Assembly (NCBI RefSeq): GCF_006345805.1
Contig: NC_042998.1
Coordinates: 198,152,001 to 198,216,000, forward strand
Direction of reading: 5' to 3'
Length of the DNA stretch: 64,000 nucleotides
Origin: Octopus sinensis
Lineage: Eukaryota
Every line of letters starts with the position of its first letter. Position 1 is the first letter of the stretch. The notes below the pieces were generated by a model, which saw only the letters and a program-made list of their open reading frames with translations, did not search any database and was not told where the DNA came from. This document shows positions 23,400 through 36,505 of this stretch, in pieces. A program made the position numbers and the translations under genes.

Positions 23400-23933
23400 A
23401 TAGAGATATACAAACACACACTCACACATGTACACACATACATTTTTGGCATACATACAGACATATATATACACACATACACATATGTATACATGCACAT
23501 ACATACACACACACATATATATATAGACATGCATACATACATATATACACATATACATAGACATGCATACATACATATATACACACACATACATATATAT
23601 ATATATACACACATACACACACATACATATATATATATATACATACACACATACACATATATATATATACACATACATACATACAAATACGCACAAATAC
23701 ATATACATACACACATATATATATACACACACATATATATATATATATATGTATGTATATAGATATATACATACATACATACATATAAATACATACAGGT
23801 GAAGAAGAAGAAGAAGAAGAAGAAGAAGAAGAAGATAAGAACAAGAACAAGAACAAGTAAAAATTATGTAGCAACACCAAATGGCGGTGCCCCAGCATTT
23901 TTAATTCAATTTATTTTGTACATACATATATAT

Positions 23934-24012
<79 letters not shown>
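23400..24012. repeat. Compound (TA/CA)n, (GAA)n and (TA)n microsatellites
   Basis: Direct reading. Confidence 0.9.
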
Positions 24013-24016
<4 letters not shown>

Positions 24017-24017
<1 letters not shown>

Positions 24018-24308
24018 CCTGGCATTGGAACATGGCCAATGCTAGCACAGCCTTGACTGGCTTCCGTGCTGGTGGCAAGTAAAAAGTACCAATTGTGGCA
24101 TTGCCAGCCTCCACTCGCCCCTGTGCCAGTGGCACGTAAAAAGCACCCACTACACTCACGAAGTGGTTGGCATTAGGAAGGGCATCCAGCTGTAGAAACA
24201 CTGCCAGATCAGACTGGGGCCTGGTGCAGCCTCCTGGCTTCCCAGACCCCGGTAGAAACATCCAACCCATGCTAGCATGGAAAACGGACGTTAAACGATG
24301 ATGATGAT
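24017..24308 (+). mobile_element. Family C copy
   Basis: Conserved body and GATGATGAT tail. Confidence 0.85.
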
Positions 24309-24540
24309 ACACATCTACACATACATACATTTATATATATACACACACACACACATTCACTAATATATATATATACAGTTGAGTTCCTTTTGAATGTTGA
24401 GCCTCACGAAGGCATTGACTGAGACCTTTGTAAATATCCAGAGATAAATGCAAACATACTAAAAGTACTATGAAGGCTATAACCAAACATGTATTTACAT
24501 AGGATTGTAGCTAAGGACTTAAGGACTAACATCTACACTA

Positions 24541-25087
24541 CCAGAAAGTTGAACGAAGAAAGTTTGTGAAGAACCCATTGACCCAATTTGCTAACTTTTC
24601 CGATGGCACGCAGGTGATGAAGAATGGTTGAATGACCAAATCCAAGCTCCTCTGCTAGTTCCTCAACAGTTAAAAAGGAATTTTGTTCCATCAGAGTTTG
24701 CAAGACATCCTCATTGACCTCTACAGATCTTCCAGGATGAGTCTCGTCTTCTATGCTGCAGTTTCCAGCTCAGAATTTCTGAAGCCACTGGCTTATGCTT
24801 ATTTTCCAATCCCCATATACTGCATTAATATTCCTCGCACTTGCTGTTGTATTGTTTGTTGTCTTTATTGAACTCATAAAGGCAAAATATGCTGTCTCTT
24901 CCATAATAGCTTTGTAAAAATAACTGTTGAAATTGAACTGCACTCTTCAAAACTTGCACTAAGAATAAGTACAAGGTAAAATTACTACCTGCTTTTATAG
25001 CAAGTTGATGCAAGTAGTTTATCCCATCCCTCTCCAACTTTTAGTTCATGCAATTGAAAAAACCGTATTATTTATGGGATGACCCAA
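24541..25087 (-). pseudogene. Mariner (Tc1/mariner) transposon relic: left TIR region and N-terminal transposase with frameshifts and stops
   Basis: Minus strand reads LYEFNK...ASARNINAVYGD...QKF*AGNCSIEDETHPGRSVEVNEDVLQTLMEQN...TVEELAEELGFGHSTILHHLRAIGKVSKLGQWVLHKL (two HTH regions and a WVPHEL-like motif). TIR-like GGGTCATCCCATAAATAATACGGTTTTTT lies upstream. Confidence 0.85.
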
Positions 25088-25094
25088 AATAAAC

Positions 25095-25465
25095 ATATAC
25101 ATATATACGCATACACACACAGATTCATATATTATATATTCATACATACATACATGCATACATACATAAAGACAGACAGACAGACACACATACATACATG
25201 CATAAATACATACATACATACATACATACATACATACATACATACATACATACATACATACATACATACATACATACATACATACATACATACATACATA
25301 CATACATAAATACATACATACATACATACATACATACATACATCATACATACATACATACCTATACATACATACATACATACATACATACATACATACAT
25401 ACATACATAATACATACATACATACATACATACATACATACATACATACCTATACATACATACAT
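25095..25465. repeat. (ATAC)n tetranucleotide tract
   Basis: Direct reading. Confidence 0.95.
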
Positions 25466-26165
25466 GTGTGTGTTTACACACACAAACATCTATGTACTGA
25501 AGAACTGGTATTTCAAATGAGATGGCAAAACAGTCAAGCAATGCTCAGAGTTCCATGTAAATCCAAATTCCAATGAGGATTGTCCTCAGATTTTCTTTCT
25601 GTATTATATACATTTGAATAATTCACAGAGTTTCTTTCTAAACCAGAGTAAAACAAGAGATTTTGTTTGTCTTTTCATTCTACTATGACACATACAAACA
25701 CACACGTATATATATATACACAAGAGTTATATATACAAACATACACACACACACACACACACTAACGCACACACATGTCTGCCTTTTTATTACAACATTG
25801 ACTGATTTGAGAATTGGTTATTATATATAAAAAAATAGGTTACGTTAACTGTTGACGAAAATCTAGGTTAACTCTACACAGTCACTCACTTCCTCGCCAA
25901 ACGCTCAGCCATTCACTCCTTCACAGGTCACTCACTCTCCCACTCAGCTGCTACCTCACTCCTTACTCAGTCTCGCAAATGTTTTCACCGCTTAATTTAA
26001 AGCAGAAAGTCTGGTTACAGTGGTTTTTGATTTCATTTGAGGACATTAACCTCACCTCATAATTTGAGTGATCACTTCTAGATACCTCTAAGTGGAGACT
26101 GCATGACAGGAATGCGTGACATGTTGTTTCTGGCTGAAGTGCATGCGTCCGTGAAGGCTTAGTGG

Positions 26166-27907
26166 TTAACCCTTTCATTACCAACCCAGCTGAAACCGGC
26201 TCTGGCTCTGTAGTACAAATGTCTTGTTTTCATAAGTTTTGAATTAAAATCTTCCACCAAACCTTAGTCACAATTTATATTCCTAACACTAGCCGAATGA
26301 TAACTAAGTTATTTTACTAAATTCTTTGTTACATCTAAAATAATTGAAAGAAACACAGAGCATCTCAACAGATATATGGTAAAGAAAGGGTTAAAATATA
26401 TAATAGAGAAACAATTCTTAATCCTTTTGTTAGCAACCTGGCTGAAACCAGCTCTGGGTCTGTAGTACAAATGTCTTGTTTTCATAAGTTTTGAATTAAA
26501 ATTTTCCTCCAAACCTTAGTCACAATTTATATTCCTAACACTAGCCGAATGATAACCAAGTTATTTTACTAAATTCTTTGTTGTATTTAAAATTAATTGA
26601 AAGAAACACATAACATCTCAACAGATATATGGTAATGAAAGGGTTAAAATATATAACAGATAAACAATTCTTAACCCTTCCATTACCAGCCATGCTGAAA
26701 CTGGCTTTGGCTCTGAATACAAATGTCTTGTTTTTCATCAGTTTTGAATTAAAATCTTCCACCAAACCTTAGTCACAATTTATGTTCCTAACACTTTCTT
26801 TAATGATAACTAAGTTATTTTACTAAATTCTTTGTTATATTTAAAATAATTGAAAGAAACACAGAGCATCTCAACAGATATATAGTAAAGAAAGGGTTAA
26901 AATATATAATAGAGAAACAATTCTTAACCCTTTCATTACCAACCCGGCTGAAAACTGGCTTTGGCTCAGTAGTACATATGTCTTGTTTTCTTAAGTCTAA
27001 TATTAAAATCTTCCACCAAACCTTAGTCCCAATTTATATTCCTAACACTAGCCGAAGGATAACTAAGTTATTTTACTAAATTCTTTGTTACATCTAAAAT
27101 AATTGAAAGAAACACAGAGCATCTCAACAGATATATAGTAACGAGAGGGTTAAAATATATAATAGAGAAACAATTCTTAATCCTTTTGTTACCAACCTGG
27201 CTAAAACCAGCTCTGGGTCTCTAGTACAAATGTCTTGTTTTCATAAGTTCTGAATTAAAATTTTCCACCAAACCTTAGTCCCAATTTATATTCCTAACAC
27301 TAGCTGAATGATAACTAAGTTATTTTACTAAATTCTTTGTTACATCTAAAATAATTGAAAGAAACACAGAGTATCTCAACAGATATATGGTAACAAGAGG
27401 GTTAAAATATATAATAGAGAAACAATTCTTAACCCTTTCATTACCAACCCGGCTGAAACCACCTCTGGCTCTGAATACAAATGTCTTGTTTTCATAAGTT
27501 TTGAATTAAAATCTTCCACCAAACCTTAGTCCCAATTTATATTCCTAACACTAGCTGAATGATAACTAAGTTATTTTACTAAATTCTTTGTTATATTTAA
27601 AGTAATTGAAAGAAACACAGAGCATCTCAACAGATATATGGTAACAAGGGGTTAAAATATATAATAGAGAAACAATTCTTAATCCTATTGTTACCAACCC
27701 GGCTGAAACCAGCTCTGGCTCTGTAGAACAAATGTCTTGTTTTCATAAGTTTTGAATTAAAATCTTCCTCCAAACCTTAGTCACAATTTATATTCCTAAC
27801 ATTAGCTTAATGATAACTAAGTTATTTTACTAAATCCTTTTGTAATATTTGAAGTAATTGAAAGAAACACAGAACATTTCAAAATAAATACAGTAATGAA
27901 AGGGTTA
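26166..27907. mobile_element. Tandem array of 7 piggyBac-type MITEs (about 221 bp each plus a 31-bp TTAA-bounded spacer)
   Basis: Units read TTAA|CCCTTTCATTACCA...TGGTAAAGAAAGGG|TTAA, starting at 26170, 26422, 26675, 26928, 27181, 27433 and 27683. Confidence 0.85.
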
Positions 27908-28800
27908 GGGTATTCAGCTCACAATCGTTGTGAGTTTAAGTGTGTTGTGTCCTTGAGCAAGACACTTTATTTCACATTGCTCCAGTCCACTCAGTGGGCA
28001 AAAGTGAATAGTACCTGTATTTCGAAGAGCCAGCTTTGTCACACTCTGTGTCATGCTGAATCTCCCTGAGAACTACATTAAAGGTATGCATGTCTGTGGC
28101 GAGCTAGCAGAAATGTTAGCACACTGGGCAAAATGCGTAGCTGTATTTTGTCTGCCGTTACGTTCTGAGGTCAAATTCCACCGAGGTCGACTTTGCCTTT
28201 CATCCTTTTGGGGTCGATAAATTAAGTACCAGTTATGCGCTGGGGTCGATATAATCGACTTAATCCATTTGTCTGTCCTTGTTTGTCCTCTCTGTTTTTA
28301 GCCCCTTGTGGGTAGTAAAGAAATAGGTATTTCGTCTGCGTTACGTTCTGAGTTCAAATTCCGCCTAGGTCGACTTTGCCTTTCATCCTTTCGGGGTCGA
28401 TAAATTAAGTACCAGATATGCATTGGGGTCGATATTATCGACTTAATCCGTTTGTCTGTCCTTGTTTATCTTCTGTGTTTAGCCCCTTGTGGGTAGTAAA
28501 GAAATGGGTATTTCGCCTGCCGCTACGTTCTGAGTTCAAATTCCGCCGAGGTCGACGTTGCCTTTCATCCTTTCAGGGTCGATAAATTAAGCACCAGTTA
28601 CGCACTGGGGTCGATGTAATCGACTTATTCCGTTTGTCTGTCCTTGTTTGTCCCCTCTATGTTTAGCCCCTTGTGGGTAATAAAGAAATAGGTATGCATG
28701 TCTGTGAAGTGCTCAGCCACTTGCACGTTAATTTCCCAAGCAGGTTGTTCTGTTGACCAAATGAATAGGAACCCTTGTTGTTGTAATTGACCAAGGGCCA
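27905..28800 (+). mobile_element. SINE-D-like host element (first bases at about 26155-26169), interrupted by the MITE array and the SINE-B trimer
   Basis: GGCTTAGTGG|TTAG|GGTATTCAGCTCACAATC reconstitutes a tRNA-like head. GTGTCCTTGAGCAAGACACTTTATTTCAC follows; the body resumes at 28707. Confidence 0.7.
28099..28690 (+). mobile_element. SINE-B trimer with 16-bp TSD
   Basis: Three units joined by AAAGAAAT(A/G)GGTATTTCG. GGTATGCATGTCTGTG occurs at 28083-28098 and 28691-28706. Confidence 0.9.
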
Positions 28801-29041
28801 GTACGTATGTCTAAAGAGCTGCATGTCTAAGTGGGCAAAGTGTTGCCTGCCAGAGTGCATGTATAAGCGAGTGGGGTGTAGTGCGTATAAGTGAGATGTT
28901 GTGAGTATAACTGAAATATAGTGTATTTGAGTGGTTGTAATTCAATAGAGTTTGAGTGTAGAGTTTAGGGAATAGCAATGAGTTATAAATGATGTTAGAT
29001 GCGGTTTGAAATATAAATATGTAAGAGAATCATTCATAGTA

Positions 29042-29370
29042 TACTCTTTTGTTCTTTTACTTGTTTCAGTCATTCGACTGTGGCCATGCTGGAGCACCGC
29101 CTTTAGTCGAGCAAATCGACCCCGGGACTTATTCTTTGTAAGCTCAGTACTTATTCTATCGGTTTCTTTTGCCGAACCACTAAGTTACAGGGACGTAAAC
29201 ACACCAACATCAGTTGTCAAGCGATAGTGGTGGTGGGGGTGGGGGACAAGCACAGACACATAAACATGTACATATGTGCCAAATCACTCATTTGTGGGGG
29301 TATAAACAGACCAACATCGGTTATCAAACAATGGTGGGGGTGGGGGGCAAACACAGTCACACAAAAATAT
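29042..29370 (-). mobile_element. SINE-A 3' half plus a duplicated fragment
   Basis: Reverse match to the A 3' body. Confidence 0.8.
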
Positions 29371-29509
29371 ATACACACTCTTTAGTATTTCAAGATATTT
29401 TTATGTGATTCTGTAATGTGTAATTATGTAATATGTCTGTTAAAATGAGATGTTAGTTATTTCCGTAACATTTTTGTGTAATTTAGACAACTGTTTATTC
29501 ACTGCACCC

Positions 29510-29530
29510 TGTGTGTGTGTGTGTGTATGC

Positions 29531-29570
<40 letters not shown>

Positions 29571-29656
29571 GTGTGTGTGTGTGCGTGTGTGTGTGTGTGA
29601 GTGTGTTTGTGTGTGTGTGTGTGTATGCGCGCATGTGTGTGTGTGTGCGTGTGTGT

Positions 29657-29687
<31 letters not shown>

Positions 29688-29910
29688 CCTTTTTTGTTTG
29701 AGGTGTGTTTGTCTCCCACCACTGCCTGACAACCAGTGTTTGTTTATTTACATCCCCATTGTTTAGTAGTTTGGCTAAAGAGACCAACACAATACCAAAC
29801 TTCAAAGGACAATAAGTACTGGTGGTGATTCGTTTGACTAAACCTTCCAAGGTGGTGCCCCAGCATGGCCAGAGCCCAGTGACAGAGGCAAGTAAAAGAG
29901 TAAAAGAGCA
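29510..29910 (+). mobile_element. Long (GT)n followed by a diverged SINE-A-like 3' body
   Basis: GGTGGTGCCCCAGCATGGCC...GTAAAAGAGTAAAAGAG tail. Confidence 0.7.
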
Positions 29911-30904
29911 AAAGAAAGCCATATGTTATTTAATTGTATTGGTCCTTGGAGGAAAAACAAATACAACGACTGTACCAGTGTGATTTGAACCTAGGCCGCA
30001 GCTGAATAAACTCAGATGTAGTATCACATCGAGTACCGCTTTACCATTTCTGCCAACTCACCAATGATACCAGGCTAGAAATCAATATTCGTAGTTTTAT
30101 AGTTGAAGTAGAGACACTGTAATAGACATATTGACTGTCGGACAATGGTACAATACACGCAGCATATGCAGAAACAGTACAGAGCGTATACACATATACA
30201 CGCAATATATACATTATGTATAGCCACAACGCACACACAACACCACATCTACTACATAACCAACATACACACACACACACAAATCATTGCATTCACACAA
30301 CTATATACACACTACACACTCATTACGCATACACAATATACAGAGCACATAACTACACATACACATACACATCGCGCATATACTAGACACACAAATTATA
30401 CACACTACGCAAAATACACACCACATATACAGATCGCATATAGCATATCTATCACAAAGAGAGACACAAACGTATACACACACACACACATACTTAACAG
30501 ATACACACATTATATATATATATATATATATACACGCGACATGAAAGTCACCATATGTTACAGTAAAGAAAAATTTTTTTTCGTAAAGTCTCAAAACACT
30601 ATCCATCTTAGACATCATCATCATCGTCATCATCATTATCATTCATCAGCATCATCCCTCACCACCATGATACTCATCATCATCATCATTATCATCAACA
30701 TCATCATCACTACCACACTTCAAATAGACTGATAACGAAGATGAAATATGAAAATAGTAGATTGTGAAGGTGATGATGTTGATGATGATGGTGATGATTA
30801 TAGCGATAGTGTTGATGGTGGTGAAGATGATGACAATGATGATGATGATGACGATGGTGATGGTGATAAAGGATACTATCTTGTTGTTATGTGTTTTTTT
30901 TTGT

Positions 30905-31290
30905 TTTATTTCTTTTACTTGTTTCAGTCATTTGACTGCGGCCATGCTGGAGCACCGCCTTTAGTCGAGCAAATCGACCCCGGGACTTATTCTTTTTGTA
31001 AGCCCAGTACTTATTCTATCGGTATCTTTTGCCGAACCGCTAAGTGACGGGGACGTAAACACACCAGCATCGGTTGTCAAGCAATGCCTGGGGGACAAAC
31101 ACAGACACACAAACACACACACACACATACATACACATATATACATATATACGACAGGCTTCTTTCAGTTTCCGTCTACCAAATCCACTCACAAGGCATT
31201 GGTCGGCCCGGGGCTATAGCAGAAGACACTTGCCCAAGGTGCCACGCAGTGGGACTGAACCCAGAACCATGTGGTTGGTTAGCAAGCTAC
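30905..31290 (-). mobile_element. SINE-A, slightly 5'-truncated
   Basis: Reverse match to the A copies. Confidence 0.9.
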
Positions 31291-31737
31291 CAATTTTATA
31301 TTTCATGTTTCTTACTATTTAAAAACTGATGATCATGAAGATGATCATGACATTGATAAACACACACAGATCTTGTTTTGGAGCCGTTCACATGAGGATT
31401 ATGATAACAAAACACACACACACACACAAATACATCCATATATCTGAACATATTCTATTGTAGCAAACTATTAGAGGTATGACAGATCGCTAATTGTAGA
31501 TATTTTATTCAACACTCAGTTACTTCTGTTGCTACGTTGCATTAATAATTTCGATGATGATAAAGAAGATTTTATAAGGCCATCAGTTTTGCTGAGAGGA
31601 GGTTAGCTTATTCTGTTGACCCCACTACATAATTTTATCAAGCCTGGAGAGATGAAATGCAAACTTGATCGCAGCAGACTTTAACCCTACAGTGTTCACA
31701 TTATTCTGCCAAAATTAATGTTTTTTTATCCAAATTC

Positions 31738-32190
31738 ATCATCATCATCATCGTTTAACGTCCACTTTCCATGCTAGCATGGGTAGGACGATTTTGACTG
31801 AGGGCTGGCGAACCAGATGGTTGCACCAGGCTCCAATCTTGATCTGGCAGAGTTTCTACAGCCGGATGCCCTTCCTAACGCCAACCACTCCGAGAGTGTA
31901 GTGGATGCTTTTTACGTGCCACCGGCACGGGGACCAGTCACGTGGTACTGGCAATGACCTCGCTCGAATCTTTTTACACATGCCACTGGCACAGGTGCCA
32001 GTAAGGCGACATTGGTAACAATCGCACTTGAATGGTGCCCTTTTACGTGCCATGGCACGGGGGCCAGTCAGGCGGTACTGGCAATGACCTCGCTCGAATC
32101 TTTTTACACATGCCACCGGCACAGGTGTCAGTAAGGCAACATTGGTAATGATCACGCTCGAATGGTGTCCTTTTACGTGCCACAGCACGT
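31738..32190 (-). mobile_element. Family C copy with an internal module duplication of about 120 bp
   Basis: GGTACTGGCAATGACCTCGCTCGAATCTTTTTACACATGCCAC occurs twice. Confidence 0.85.
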
Positions 32191-32361
32191 TTTGAACTAA
32201 TTATGCATTATCTTGTAGCGATGAGATTTTGATGAGGTAGCTGTTAATTTTTAAAACTATATTGTAGGGTTGGTGTGAGAGGCCAGATCCGGCCAGTTTG
32301 AACATTAAACAGGCAGAATACTTTTGGCTGGATATGGCCAGTTTAAATGCTAAAGGGTTAA
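32191..32361. mobile_element. piggyBac-type MITE end fragment (different family)
   Basis: Ends GTTTAAATGCTAAAGGG|TTAA; no matching other end found. Confidence 0.5.
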
Positions 32362-32448
32362 ACTAAGAACATGGAAATCCAGAAGAAATACTCCAAGACA
32401 TTTTGTCCCAGGCTCTAATAATTCAATCAATTCACCACAAGGCCTGAA

Positions 32449-32757
32449 ATTTAGTGGAAATTTAGTGGTACTTTAGTGGAAATTTAGTGGTACTTTAGTG
32501 GAAATTTAGTGGTATTTTAGTGGAAATTTAGTAATACTTTGGTGGAAATTTAGTAGTACTTTGGTGGAAATTTAGTAGTACTTTAGTGGAAATTTAGAGG
32601 TACTTTAGTGGAAATTTAGTGGTACTTTAGCGGAAATTTAGTGATACTTTAGTGGAAATTTAGTGGTACTTTGGTGGAAATTTAGAGGTACTTTAGTGAA
32701 AATTTAATGGTACTTTAGTGGAAATTTAGTGGTAGTTTAGTGAAATTTAGTGGTACT
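32449..32757. repeat. 22-bp minisatellite (TAGTGGAAATTTAGTGGTACTT)n, about 13-14 copies
   Basis: Direct reading. The 3' flank ACTTTATTTTATCAACCCTGG...ATGAAAGGCAAA is a reverse SINE remnant. Confidence 0.9.
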
Positions 32758-33145
32758 AATACTTTATTTTATCAACCCTGGACTTATGAAAGGCAAATTT
32801 GGCCTCCAGTATTCAAGCATGTTGAGCACGACCCACACTAAATATACTCCACACAATCACTAATACAACAACAGAACCCACACAGCACCCCCTGTACACA
32901 AGTATCAGCCAATGAAATAACAAAACACACAGCCTTGCATAATCAACACTGAATAACATAATACGTCTCATGCAACAACAACAACAACAACAACAATTCT
33001 TACACACAATTGCCTCATAATATTACCCAAATCACACAGCACTTACATGTGATAATCACCCTCTAAGACTATAGCAAATGTCAAAAGGTTGCAAATTGTC
33101 GGCCAGATGTGTTTAATTTACTTCCCTTGAGGCCAATAAGGAAAT

Positions 33146-33628
<483 letters not shown>

Positions 33629-34108
33629 TGTCATTATCGTTATCACCAACACAACCTCTTTTATAAAACAGTGGAATTGATCCTGCAGTAATGGTTGATT
33701 TTCAGACTGAATAAATTGTTTGTGTTTAATTTTTTAAGATGTCTCGTAGTCAAGTACCAGTTTCGGATGTTGGTAACTGTTAGCCAAGTCCACTGTATTG
33801 GAACTAGAATCACTAGTACGATGTTAAACCAAGACTCATACTTCCTTTTAGCCATTCTTCCAGCTGGTTTCAGAGAACTAGCAAAAAAAATCCATCATTG
33901 CAGCCCTTCTTTTCATAAAGAAAAATTCCAAGTTCAGATCCTGTCAGAGATGTCTTTGACCTTCACCTCCTATTCATATAGAAAACAGCAATACTGAGGC
34001 TGGGTCCCTAAATTCAATGAGGCTGAAACAGTCTATGGCAGTGAATTGAGCCAGTAGTCCTGGGATTGATACATTCAACTGTATCAGCCATCATCTATGA
34101 AACCTTAC

Positions 34109-34235
34109 CTATTTAGTCAAAAGAAATTTCTTCAGAAAACCTATGTAAACAGTAGACTGTGTGACATTTCTATAGAAACATTTCCTTGGAAGTGGAAAGC
34201 CAACAACTTTTGACAGCGCCAGTGTGTTGAGAAGC
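34109..34235 (-). other. Weak candidate exon (127 nt) with good splice signals
   Basis: Acceptor TTGTGTTTTCAG and donor AG|GTAAGG. The only open frame (LLNTLALSKVVGFPLPRKCFYRNVTQSTVYIGFLKKFLLTK) ends in TAG at the donor. Confidence 0.2.
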
Positions 34236-34960
34236 CTGAAAACACAATATTGCAGTGCCAAGTCTTTTGTTTTTATGGGACATTCAAGAATTCAATGATA
34301 TCGAAGAACTAGTTTGAACTAGTTAAGGAACAATTTACTCTAAATAGCAGCTATGCTGTGAAAGTGATAATTAACTGACAACCAGCCATAGTTACTACAG
34401 AAATAAGCTTTTGTTGGAAAGAACAACCATCCTATATTTTTCTGCAAAGTAGAGTTGAGTTGAGTGAGGTGGAAGGGAACATTAATAAATGGAATCAAAT
34501 TATTGTCCCAAAATAACAGAATCAACATCAGAACTTGGAAATCAAAAATACTATTATTAGATTATATCAAAAATTTCTAGAATTTAAATAATTTTTTGTT
34601 CTTTTCTTTTTTTTTTTTTGAAGAAAGTGGTGGTGGATAGGGCAGAACAAGTGGTGGTGATGGTTGTAGTGGTAGTGGTGATGTTGTGGTAGAATGGAGG
34701 GGAAGGGAAGCAGTGAGGAGGGGGAAGTAAAAGTTCTGCAGATCAAACAAAATTGAAAGGTGATAAAAGTTGACTGTTCTTAACAATTTCAGGAAAATTA
34801 AACAGAACATCACACACACACACACAACACACACACACAACACACACACACACATGCATACACACACACTGATACATATATGATGTAATATATATATAAA
34901 CAGAGAGAGAAAGAAGAGAGAAATAAATGCATATATATAAATAAATATATTTATATAGAT

Positions 34961-35192
34961 GGCACGTAAAAAGCACCATTTGGGCATGGCTGTTGCCAGT
35001 ACCTCCAAACTGGCCCTCGTGCCGGTGGCACATAAAAAGCACTCACTACACTCTCAGAGTGGTTGGCGTTAGGAAGTGCATCCAGTTGTAGAAACTCTGC
35101 CAGATCAGATTGGAGTCTGGTTCGCCAGTCCTCAGTCAAATCGTCCAACCCATGCTAGCATGGAAAGCGGACGTTAAATGATGATGATGATG
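34961..35192 (+). mobile_element. Family C copy
   Basis: Conserved body and (GAT)n tail. Confidence 0.85.
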
Positions 35193-35479
35193 AATATTAG
35201 ATATGCACATATATACACAAGGGTACTACATGAGTACCTGTATCGCTAAAGATAGAAGTCAAAGAGCACATCTGTACCACCGAATAGTCACAAATCTATT
35301 ACAGACATCTTTAGTGATGTAGATATTCATATAGTACCCTTGTGTGTATATATGTACATATCTAATATTGTATGAATATATTTTATTAATTTGCCTGTAC
35401 ATCTGATAATTCACTTGCCACTCGTGATGGTATTTTAATAATACCATTCCTATATTTATTTATTTTTATATATATATAA

Positions 35480-35730
35480 GTGTGGTTGGCGTTAGGAAGG
35501 GCATCCAGCTGTAGAAACTCTGCCAGATCAAGATTGAAGCCTGGTTCGCCAGACCTCAGTCAACTTTCTCCTGTCAGAGCTCCAGGTCAACTAAAGCCTT
35601 CTGAGTGGATTTGGTGGATGGAAACTGAAAGAAGCCTGTCATATATATATATATATATATATATATTTGTGAGTTTGTGTCTGTATTTGTCCCCCACACA
35701 CACTATCGCTTGACAACCGATGTTGTCATA
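35480..35730 (+). mobile_element. Juxtaposed fragments: family C (35480-35560) and SINE-A middle (35590-35730)
   Basis: Both segments match their respective families. Confidence 0.7.
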
Positions 35731-35868
35731 AACACGATCTTTTACATATCCCACAAGAAAAAAAATCACACAACAGCAATCAACTCAGTGGATTGTGATA
35801 TGCTGACATGCATCTGAGAGGAATTCTCTTACTGCTTTGATGTTATATATATATATATATATATATTC

Positions 35869-36016
35869 TTTATTTGTGTATTAAGGTTACCATTGGTTTC
35901 ATGGCAGAATGGTGTTCATCTCCATTGCCATTCCTCCATGTGATCAGCTTGAAAAATTGTTAGGGTATTATATTTTTCATGACATGAAACCAATGGTAGC
36001 CTTATATACAAATAAA
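35869..36016. mobile_element. Small inverted-repeat element (arms of about 35 bp), probable MITE
   Basis: TTTATTTGTGTATTAAGGTTACCATTGGTTTCATG pairs with CATGAAACCAATGGTAGCCTTATATACAAATAAA. Confidence 0.55.
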
Positions 36017-36101
36017 AAAATTTTATCCACCAATGCAGTGTTGTGCACTGATTCTCATTTATGCATGAATGCATGCATACATACATATGTACATTCATAC
36101 A

Positions 36102-36505
36102 TGCTCTTACTCTTTTCTCTTTTACTTGTTTCAGTCATTTGACTGTGGCCATGCTGGAGCACCGCCGCCTTTAGTCAAGCAAATTGACCCCAGGACTTAT
36201 TCTTTGTAAGCCTAGTACTTATTCTATTGGTCTCTTTTGCCAAACCACTAAGTTACGGGGACATAAGCACACCAGCATCGGTTGTCAAGCAATGCTAGGG
36301 GGACAAACACACACACACATACATATATATACATATACATATATATGACGGGCTTCTTTCAGTTTCCATCTACCAAATCCACTCTCAAGGCTTTGGTCGG
36401 CCTGAGGCTATAGTAGAAGACACTTGCCCAAGGTGCCATGCAGTGGGACTGAAACCGGAACCATATGGTTCAAAAGCAAGCTACTTACCACACAGCCACT
36501 CCTAC
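36102..36505 (-). mobile_element. SINE-A, full length
   Basis: Reverse match to the A copies. Confidence 0.9.

Noticed and set aside
23292-23898. Several long His/Thr/Tyr/Ile or Val/Cys/Tyr ORFs (also at 19.0-19.9, 25.0-25.5, 29.4-30.7, 47.1-48.4 and 58.0-59.3 kb)
   Set aside because: Microsatellite translations that simply lack stop codons.
27901-27910. TTAGGG telomeric hexamer
   Set aside because: Single occurrence at the MITE/SINE junction; not an array.
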